This document shows, piece by piece, positions 53,893 to 64,000 of a stretch of DNA of 64,000 nt. Source of the stretch: the human T2T-CHM13v2.0 reference genome, Homo sapiens; assembly GCF_009914755.1 (NCBI RefSeq), contig NC_060948.1, one strand, 5' to 3'. The notes below the pieces were generated by a model. The model searched no databases. It was not told the origin of the DNA and saw only the letters and a list, made by a program, of their open reading frames with translations. How positions within the stretch are numbered: position 1 is the stretch's first letter; each line of letters opens with the position of its first letter. The position numbers and the translations under genes were made by a program.

Positions 53893-56135
53893 CTAGACTC
53901 GGATCATGGGGACTGGTGTTGTAAACATCTGCTGACCTGTGTTCTATAAGGACTAAAAAGAATTAGGGAAAAGCCCATGAATTATTCAATGATGTCCACT
54001 ATAACTCAGGGAAAGGAAGAAAATCATTTTGCCTTCCTCAAGTGGCTATGGGAGTCCTTCAGAAAGTGTACTCCTCTGTCACCCAACTCCCTCAAGGGTC
54101 AATTGATCCTAAAAGATAAGTTTATTACCCAATCAGCCACAGATATCAGGAGAAAGCTCCAAAACCAAGCCCTGGGCCCTGAAAAAATCTAGAGGCGTTA
54201 TTAAGCCTGGCAACCTTGATGTTCTGTAACAGGCACCAAGAGAAACAGGCCAAACAGAAAAGCAAGATCAGAAAAAGGCCACAGTGTTTGTCATGGCCCT
54301 CAGAAAAACAAATCTCTATGGTTCAGAGAGGACAGAAAATGGAGCAGGCCAATCACCTGGTGGGGCTTGTTATCAGTGTGGTTTCCAAGGACCTTTTAAA
54401 AAAGATTGTTCAGTGAAAAATAAGATGCCTCCTCGCCCATGTCCCCTATGCCAAGACAATCATTGGAATTCTGGCACACTGCCCCAGAGGTCAAAAGTTC
54501 TCTGGGCCAGAAGCCCCCAACCATATGATCCAACAACAGGACTGAGGGTGCCCAGGGCAAGTGCCAGCCCATGTTATCACCCTCACTGAGCCCCAAGTAT
54601 GTATAACCATTGAGGTCCAGGAAGTTGACTTCTTCCTGGACACTGGATTGGCTTTCTCAGTGTTGATCTCCTGTCCCGGACAACAGTCCTCAAGGTCCAT
54701 TACCATCCAAGGAATCCTGGGACAGCCTGTAACCAGGTATTTCTCCCAAATTCTCAGTTGTAATTGGGAGACATTTCTACAGATAGTAAGTATGCTTATC
54801 TAATCCTACATGCCCATGCTACAATATGGAAAGGAAAGGAGTTCCTAACCTTTGGGGGAGCCCCCATTAAATATCACAAGGAAACCATGGAGTTATTGCA
54901 CACAGTGCAAAAATCCAAGAAGGTGCCAAAGCCATCAAAAGGGAAGGAAAGGGGAGAACAGCAGCATAAGCAGCTGGCAGAGGCAGGGAATGACCAGCAA
55001 AGAGGAAGAGACAGAGAGACAAAGAGAGAAAGAAAGAGACAAAGTCAAATAGAAGGAGACAAGGAGAGGAAGAGACAGAGAGACAGAAAGTCAATGAGAG
55101 AAAGAAGGAGAGGAAGAGACAAAGAGGGAGTCAGAGAGAAACAGAAAGATAAAGAGAGACAAAGTCAAAGAGAGAAGGAAAGAGAGGAAGAGATAGACCA
55201 AGGAGTCAAAGAGAGAGAAAGAAAGAGATAGAAGTAGTAAAGAACACACAGTGTAACCTATTCCTTTAATTCCAAGGTAAATTTAGAAACTATAATTGAT
55301 AATTGAAGGTCTTCTCTGTGACCTTATAACACTCCAATACCACCTAGATGTCAGTGTAAACAAGGAAGTAACCTAAAATCACTGAGGCCACTGACAACCC
55401 ATAGCCTTTCTATCAAAAATCCTTAACCCAGCAGGTTTCCTAAAAGGGGATCTAAATTTTAACTAATTACCATACAAAGGTCTGAGCAGACCTGGGATGA
55501 TCTCCCTTCAGGACAGGATGATAGATGTTTCCTCTAGGGTGATTAAGGGAAAAAGACACAATGGGTACTCAGCAAGTGATAAGAAAATTCTTGTAGAAGC
55601 AGAATTGGGAAAATTGACTAATAATTGGTCTGCTCAAAAGTGTGAGCAGTTTGCACTCAGCCAAACTTTGAAGTACTTACAGAATCAGAATGGAGCCATC
55701 TATACCAATTCTAAGTTAATATGGACTGAACGACATCTTATTAATAGCAAAGAATAAATGAAATCCCAAACTTAGAATGTTTTTAGCAAAAGTAGAGTTT
55801 GCTAAAAGTTAACAGTGTAACATGTATTATCCTAACTTCTAATCTTGTGGAAAGCAGACCCTATTAGTGCCCCTCAAAGCTCAGGTTGCAAGAAATAACA
55901 AAATCTATCCTTACTCTACAAACCCAAATAGATTTTTTGGCAGCAGTGACTCTCTAAAACCATAGAAACCTTGACGTATGCATTGCTGAGGAAGGCGGAC
56001 TTTGCACCTTCTTAGGGGAAGACTGTTTCTTTTACACTAACAAGTCAGGGACAGTACCAGACACCACCCACCTTTACAGGAAAAGGCTCCTGAAATCAGA
56101 CAATACGTTTCAAACTCTTACACTGACTTCTGGAT
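53893..56135 (+). mobile_element. Deleted ERV9 internal region (3' gag, pro, RNase H stub, GA-rich tract, env TM stub); no 3' LTR
   Basis: MNYSMMSTITQGKEEN, CYQCGFQGPFKKDC, FFLDTGLAFS, TDSKYAYLILHAHA, and a decayed ISD (LAAVTL*NHRNLD..AEEGGLCTFLGEDCFFYTNKSG). Confidence 0.85.
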
Positions 56136-57246
56136 TCTTACTGGGTTAATAACTTCAAAAATGTTCATCTTCTTTTCTAGCTTCATTTTCATTTAATTCA
56201 CTACCTCATTGTCTCTCCCCTGAATATTTCTGGTATCATCTTTGCTAGTTTTCTTGCCTTCTACAATTAAGGCTTGGTTCACATTTGTGCAAAGTGATCC
56301 ATCATTCTAAAATGCATACAACGACACAAAGGAGTATATAGAAGTAGGAGAGAGGAGCTTTAGCGAGAGCCACCAGCATGAAGGAAGTTGGATTTTTTTC
56401 CCCTATTTCCATGTGAGATTTGTTTTCTTTAGATCATTCATTATGCATTAACTTACTTTTGCTATTGCTTACAGACAGGGTACTTTATTTTGTTTAGCAA
56501 CTACAATAGTGCAAAGCACAGGAATGTAGATGCTCGCCAAAATGTACCATTATGTGGGTGCTTCTCTACTTCCTATACTCATCACAGGACATTACAGTGC
56601 AAAAGAGAGATGACTTTTCACGTTCCTAGTTAAGATACCATTCATAAGCAGCAAAAAGAAAAGCCATTAATCCAACTGATTCCTAAACTCTAACAATCTG
56701 TATTCAAATTCTTTAGCATTACAAAATGAAGACTGAACTTGGAATCTTAAGCATCAAAGATGAATTCTACTTTTAACTCTTATTGCATGTATGGCCTCAG
56801 TACAAGCCACTGAACCTTTCAAACCTGTTTCCTCATCTGAAAAAATGAAGGTAGAAAGGAAATTTAACTTGGGTTGGGAGCTGGGCTACACACGTATGTA
56901 CACTGTCTCATCTAATTTGCAAAAAAAAAGCAAAGAACTGTTAGTGCACAGACTTGTTTCTTCACTCTTCTATCTAAAAAATCAAAAGTTTTTGTGAATT
57001 ATAATAAGAGATAAGGTTGAAATATGAACTCTGCATAACTGTGGACCTTAGTTATAATTCTAAGAGACAATATCCATTTATTCCAAAGGACATCAGGGAA
57101 GCTGGCATCTAGTAACTACTTTGTTGTTGATAAGATGTGTGATTTTAGACAAGCTACGTGCTCCCACTTGGGTTCAGTTTTTACCCCCTTCTTAAAATGA
57201 GAGGATTGGGTTATTTCTACAAAACCTTCCTTTTGATATTCTATGC

Positions 57247-57468
57247 CAGGAATTGGCAGCTATCTTCTACAAAGGGCAAGACAGTAAAGATTTTATGCTT
57301 TGAAGGTCATAATATCTCTGTCAAAACTACTCAACTCTATCTGTACAGAAAAACAACAGCTGTAGATAATATGTAAATTAATTGACATGACTGCATTAGA
57401 GCAAAATTCTACTTACAAAACAGATTGTGGCCTGAATTTAGCCCAGAGAACTTACTTTGATGAGCCCT
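57247..57468 (-). mobile_element. MER58A
   Basis: caggaattggcagcta..tctacaaagggcaagacagtaaagatttt..aaaactactcaactct..gccctg. Confidence 0.75.
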
Positions 57469-58993
57469 GATCTATGAAGCAATGAAGAATTTTGTGTGTG
57501 ACCAATTCTACACTCCTCCTGTTTCTGTTTGGATCAATATAGTGAGAACTTATTTTGTTCACGGCTTGTCTAAAGATGTCTCTCTGTTGAAGTGGAGTTT
57601 ACTTAAGTGCTTCAATCATTTGTTTAAGTCGGGATTAAGCTGAGCATTTTGAGAAGTAAATAGACTGGTTTTTGGCTGTAGCTTATGTAGAACAGCATTG
57701 GCTATTTTAAGCATACACGAATACTATCATGTTCTACACATGAACATGACAGAAAGGAAGAAAACCTTAATAAATAAAAGTTATATGACAGGAATTAGGA
57801 TAGACTTAAGATCCTACTGTCACCTATTTATTCCAATTTTTACATATCATCACATTATCACAGTATCCCAGCCAATATATTGACATTCATAAAAATACAC
57901 ATTGGATTGCATTTTAAGTTATCAAACATATCACTTTTCTGAAATGCACAGAGGTCTTCAATGAGGCTTCTTAGCTACAAGGGACCGTTTTACAAAGTAT
58001 GGGAAACAAGGGGGAATTAAGGATTTTCATTTCTGCCTATGGTAGATGGACAAATGGCCTGTTAAAGGTGTTTGATTATGTTAAGCAACTATCACAGGAA
58101 AGGGACCTGGGAATCATTGTCAAAGCCAGCAATTGAACAATAACATAACTCTAGGTCTGAATACTGTAAGGTTTTTGTTATATAAGGCTTGGCCAGTTCA
58201 ACCATGGTAGCATTACTTTAGGACTTTCTTTTTCTTTTGCTGTTGTTTAATTCAGCTAGCTCTTTGTGCTAAAGATGAATCTGATGGCAATATTTATCAC
58301 CAAAGTTTTTCATCACAGCAAGAAGCACTTCTGAAGCTGGAGGAAGCTTTGGGCACACTGACAAATTTCCCCAAAGCAAGATTGAACTATGGGCTCCTAA
58401 ATCAGCAGTGTTTTGATATTTGCACATTCTCTTTATTTTCTATTCTCATTGTTTCTTTCTGTTCCACTATGCCTTCAACTTCACTTGTTCAATGACTTCA
58501 GTCATAGAACATATTGAGAGGGCATGGGCAGATGGTGAATTCACCAGGGAGTTTATGCAATTCTCTGATTTATTTCATCATTCTAGAATTATACAGAAAT
58601 AAGACTAGTATGAGCTTAAGCATATTCTGCCTTGAAGAATGAAAAAAAATGACACCAAAAATGATTAAAACATAAATTTAAATAGAGTTCTATTTGCCCT
58701 ATACAATATTTCCAGTTAGATTTTAGCTGAATTCTGTCAGTTCCTCACCCCTGATAGCTGCAATTTTCAGTTCTGGATAGCATTTTTATCAGTGTTTTGT
58801 TTTTTTTTTTTTTTTCCAATAATGACATTTTTCTCACAATTTTTTTATCTGATCACCCTTTCATGAATTTTGTAAATAAATATGTATTTATTGTTTGAGT
58901 TTCAACATTATTGTGCTTACTTTTGACATGATCCATTTTTGTTATTTTGCAAACACAGAATTTAACATAGGATACAAACATATTATGCATATT

Positions 58994-59026
58994 ACACACC
59001 ACATACACACACACACACACACACAC
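58994..59026. repeat. (CA)n microsatellite
   Basis: Directly visible. Confidence 0.9.
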
Positions 59027-59064
59027 ATATCCATATGCAATCTTGTGCTGCATAGTCTGTCAAT

Positions 59065-59307
59065 TCCACTGATCCTCAGTGGATGCAATTTTGTTCCATG
59101 TCACATATTTGGCAATGTTTGGGACATTTTTGGCTGTCACAACCTGGGGTGAGAGGAGACAGGGAGAGATTCTACTTGCATCTAATGGGTACATGTCAGG
59201 GATTTTGCCAATGGTCTTGCTATGCACAGTCCAGACCCTCATCCCCAACAAGGAAAAAGAATTATCCAGCCCACGGTACCTATAGTGCACAGGTTTAAAA
59301 AATTCTG
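59065..59307 (+). mobile_element. MER20 (hAT-Charlie)
   Basis: catatttggcaatgtttgggacatttttggctgtcacaac...aagaattatccagccc. Confidence 0.8.
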
Positions 59308-59999
59308 GTCTGGCCTAAAAGCATGTAAAAATGTACAGATAATTCAAGCAATTCTGTATCATATCACTGATCATTAGCATGCCATAAGTCCTTACAGTAT
59401 ATATGAGAAAGTTTTACAGAAAAATGCTAGAAATTTTTTTTTTCTGATGGTATACAATCTACTCTTATTAAGAAAATTGCAAAGTAGAGAGTCTTACAAT
59501 GCACCCAAAGTAATATATTTTTTCTTGAGAAATGACAAGGAGGATTTGATTAAGAATATATATTTATATTTGTAGTTATTGTTATAATTATATCTGCCCC
59601 GAATATTTTTATTCTATTACTTGCTATCCATCATTCTATTCAATTTTTTTTTTTTTTTTTTGCTACCTGTACTTGAGTAATAGAGAAGCTGCCATGTTTT
59701 ATCAATATAAGCTTTGAACCTGGAAATTTGCACTGGGAGTGTGAATCTACTCTTTCTTTCCCTATGGCTACTAAACTATTATATGCAATGTACCAGGTAT
59801 TTCTAAGGCTTTCGATTACATGAATTGAAGAAGTGCTGAAGCTCTCGAGGGAAACAGAGATAAGCAAAAAGAGGAGGAAGCTGTGTAATAAGCTTTTCTG
59901 TGCATTATGAATGTATTTTCCACTCTGGCAATTTTTCAAAGTGGGAAATAAAAAATAAAGTTGCTCTTTGCATATTGGCAATGATAGACTGCTGTTTCT

Positions 60000-60310
60000 T
60001 TCTTTTTTTTCTCCTTTTTTTTTTTTTGAGACAGTTTCTCTCTTATTGGCCAGGCTGCAGGGCAATGGTGCGATCTTGCCTCACCGCAACTTCCGCCTCC
60101 CGGGTTCTATCAATTCTCCTACCTCAGCCTCCTGGGTAGCTAGGATTACAGGCAGGCACCACTACGCCCGGCTAATTTTTGTATTTTTTAGTAGAGACTG
60201 GGTTTCACCATGTTGGTCAGGCTGGTCTCCATCTCCTGACCTCAATTGATCCACCTGCCTCAGCCTCCCAAAGTGCTGGGATGACAGGCTTGTGGCACCG
60301 CACCCCGCCG
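60000..60310 (-). mobile_element. AluSp-like element with TSD gactg(c/t)tgtttctt
   Basis: gtttctctcttattggccaggc..ggcaatggtgcg..tcaccgcaac (Sp-like), with flanking direct repeat. Confidence 0.85.
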
Positions 60311-61669
60311 ACTGTTGTTTCTTTGAATGAGAAACACTGGAAATAGATTTTAATGAGAGAACATGAAGATCAAGATTATTTTAGTCATATATTCATATAT
60401 GTGCACACACACTTACACCTTTACACATATAAATCCATAATGTATATGTTATCTGCTGCTTCGCTACTTTCACTCATGAATGTCTTGTAAACTCCTTTTT
60501 ATTTCCACTTACATCACTATTTTCATAACTGCTGAACGGTTCCTGGCTTGATGGCTCTTTACTAAGCTATGTTTTCTTGTTTGGAATTTAGGTGCTTTGT
60601 TACCAGAAGCTCCCTGATAAAACAATGCTGCAGTGATCATGCTTGTGCATACTCTTTATGAATTTTTTGCTATCATCTCCAGAAATATTTCTAGAAGATC
60701 TGTTTGGCCAAATGACATTTAATTTAAACAATTTTGAAGCACAATGCTAATTTCCCTTCTGGAAAGGCTGGGACAAGTTGCATTCCCACCAGTACACAGA
60801 TACGGCCACATCATACACCTTTCCTGACAGTGGGAGACTACATGTTCTTCCATCTTTTTAGTATTTTCCTAATTACCACTATGAAGGGTAAGAAAATTTC
60901 ATTTTCATATAAATTTTTCATAAGCAGTAAAGATGAACATCTTTTCATTTTTACTAACCATTTTCAATTATTATTTTGGCTTATTCAATTTCTATTTTGG
61001 CATTTTCAGTTGTTATTGGCTTTTCATGTTTGTTGCTCAGTTTTAAAATAATGTTACTTATCTTTCTAGTTTTGATTTATCAAGCTCTTTGAATACTAAG
61101 AAAATTAAACTGTCAAATGTATTACAAATGTTTTTTCCCAGGTTGCCTTTTAATTCTCATCATGGTATTTTTAGCTAAAAAGAAGCTTTACATTTTTTAT
61201 GTCATCATATTTATCATTTTTTATAAGTTCTTGGTATTCTAGTGCGGTTTAGTATGTATAAATATGCTCACATTCCATGACATCCCTGACAGCAGATTTC
61301 CTTATGTTCTTTCCTTTTTGCTAATGTTTTCCTTTGTTACCAATTTGAAAGGTCAGAATATGACATTTTAATCTCTTTATAGACACAAGAAGGACTGACA
61401 TCTTTAAGTCATTGCCTTTTCTATGTTTCTCTACTTTTTTCAGGACTTTTTCTTTAAACTCTGCCAGTAAAGTTTTATATGGTAGCTTTCTTCATTTAGT
61501 ACTCATGCATTGCTTATTTAATGTATTAATTGTTATTTTCTTTTCATTTTACTTTTGACTGACTGTGTGAATGGGCCTTTTCATCTCATTTTAGCTTTTT
61601 GTTTGTATGAAAGGAAGATATTAGACATTATATATTAATTCTGCAGCCACTTTCATATCAAATACGTAA

Positions 61670-61970
<301 letters not shown>

Positions 61971-62653
61971 TTTTCTTTTCTTTTCTAAATGTATTATGTA
62001 GCAATTGTTAGAAAATAATTTTTGTATGTATTCAAGTTATAAAACATGATGTTATAAGATACATATAGAAGAGCAGAAAATCTATCAATTTGAAAATATT
62101 TTTAAATAACTGTCAAAACCTGCATCCTAATTTTGTGCACATATAAATTTTAAATTTTTCAATTACTTTTACAATTAAACATATGGCTTTTAATTTGAAT
62201 CACATATTACACATTTTCAGAAAGCACTCATATTTAAATGAAGGTATAAGTTTATAAATTGCCTCATTGACATCTACCAGAATGACCATATTTCTCTCCT
62301 CCTTTGGCTTGTTAACATGGTAAAGTATATTTATGCAATTCTTCACAGGATTCCCGATTTTGAATGTTTTTCATTCTCAGAATGTCTCCCACTTCATCAT
62401 TATGTATTATTTTATTGGTATACTGTTGGATTACGTTTACAAATATTTTCAAATACCTGATTTCAGACTTTTGCATTGACATATTTTTCTGTAGATTTAT
62501 TTGCATTTATTATTGTCATTAGGTTGATTTGGGTGTTAGTATTATATTTTCTTAATGAAACAATTAGAAATGTTTTGTTGTCGTCCACACTCTGAAACAG
62601 TTTAAAATGTGTGGAAATTATATTGGTTAAAGGAGTGACATTTCTAGCCATAG

Positions 62654-62692
<39 letters not shown>

Positions 62693-62760
62693 CAAAATCT
62701 GGATTTCCTTACTCTTCTACCTTCTCTTTGTTTTTACATTTATAAAATCATTATAATAAT

Positions 62761-63033
62761 TGATACGATTTGGCTGTGTCCCCACCCAAATCTCCTCTTG
62801 AATTGTAGCCTCCATAATTCCCATGTGTTTCAGGAGGGACCTAGTGGCAGATAATTGAACCACAGGGGCTATTTCTCCCATACTGTTCTTGTGGTAGTCA
62901 ATAAGTCTCATGAAATCTGATGATTTTATAAGGGGAAACCCTTTTCTCTTGGTTCTCATATTCTCTCTTGTCTGACACGATGTAAAATGTGCCTTTTGCC
63001 TTCTGCCATACTGTGAGACCTCCCCAGCCATGA
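62761..63033 (+). mobile_element. THE1 LTR (3'-truncated)
   Basis: tgatacgatttggctgtgtccccacccaaatctc...ctccccagccatg. Confidence 0.85.
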
Positions 63034-64000
63034 CTTAAGGGCTCTTAAGCCCAATTGAGTTAGTGCTCTTTTTGGGCAATGAAAATTTTCTGCAACTGGA
63101 TTCTTAGGATGATTGCACAACTGCATAAATTAACTAAATATCATTAAATTGCACAATTTATAACTCATAACCTTTATGGTGTGTTAATTATACCTCAATA
63201 AAGCTGTTAAAGTGAAGAAAAGATAGAAAACAGTTTATGCAAATAATGGTAAGAAATGATAGATTTGGTGATTTCAGGTGAGAGAATGTGGAATGAAAAC
63301 ATTTTATCATAATACCCAAGGCTCTGCATTGAGTACCAGGGATTACAGTCTTGAAATTCACTGTACTGATGGACACAGGAGGAGAAATGAGATCCACAGG
63401 AGAAGATAAATTCATGTTTAACAGTTGAGTTGGAAGTGCTAGTGAGATTTTCAAGTGGATGTCTGTGAGGCAGTTCAGTATAAGAGTTGGAGATTAAGAG
63501 ACTGGTCCAAACGGTAATTTGGATTTGGAAGTTCTCTTCATTAGTATTAGTGTTTTTCACCCTTTCCAAATAAGTAACTCTTGCAATCTTTCTTAATCTG
63601 CTTTATTTCTCTAATATCTCATATTTTTACCCTTTATATTCAATACTCTATATAAGAAATAATTGCTACTGGTAATATGTGTTTTCAAACTACATATTCT
63701 CCCCCATCATGCACTTCTAGATACTTTGATAATTCCTCTAGGGGTTTTTATTGAAACATTTCATCTATGGTAACTGAATCCATTGGAGTGGTGGAATTTG
63801 CTCACAGCACAATGAGAAGGGACCATAGATCAAAAGGCTGAGAAATATAGAAATATTGCTAATGAACTTATGGGAATAGCTTCAGAGGACCAGAAGGAAC
63901 CAAATTCCAGTTACAGTGGGAAGTTGGCTGTGAAGCAATTTTCAGGTAAGACAGAGAAAAGATATAGGGCAGTAGCTGGTGGGAATGGAGAGATGCAAAG

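Larger units (their letters stand above)
57503..59843 (-). pseudogene. Candidate second decayed multi-exon gene (unidentified)
   Basis: Minus-strand AG..GT-bounded unique segments 59843-59667 (strong pyrimidine tract, CAG|GTAGCA), about 58582-57935 and about 57701-57503, with protein-like interrupted frames. Confidence 0.35.

Noticed and set aside
54764-55231. 155-aa R/E/K-rich ORF
   Set aside because: ERV9 RNase H stub reading into a GA-rich low-complexity tract.

Overview
Repeat-rich hominoid genomic DNA, very probably male-specific Y: it contains an RBMY terminal exon, a fragment resembling the giant PRSSLY exon, and an Alu carrying all five AluYa5 diagnostics. No intact protein-coding gene is present. 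Recognisable content: an orphan RBMY pseudo-exon (minus, 13027-13328) fused to about 350 bp of 11-aa-periodic Trp repeats (PRSSLY-like), a full-length defective HERV-E/LTR2 provirus (27025-35743, Glu PBS, ACAT TSD), a solo LTR7, a deleted and 3'-truncated ERV9/LTR12, nested THE1 elements, and many Alu, L1, L2, MIR and MER repeats. The main new observation is a chain of about 11 decayed, splice-site-bounded + strand exons (about 14.1-45.7 kb) whose manual translation resembles a Roco-family (ROC-COR, MFHAS1/LRRK-like) protein with an apparently triplicated COR C-terminal module. A second, convergent decayed multi-exon gene may lie at 57.5-59.8 kb. All family assignments come from manual reading and remembered motifs, and need alignment or HMM confirmation.
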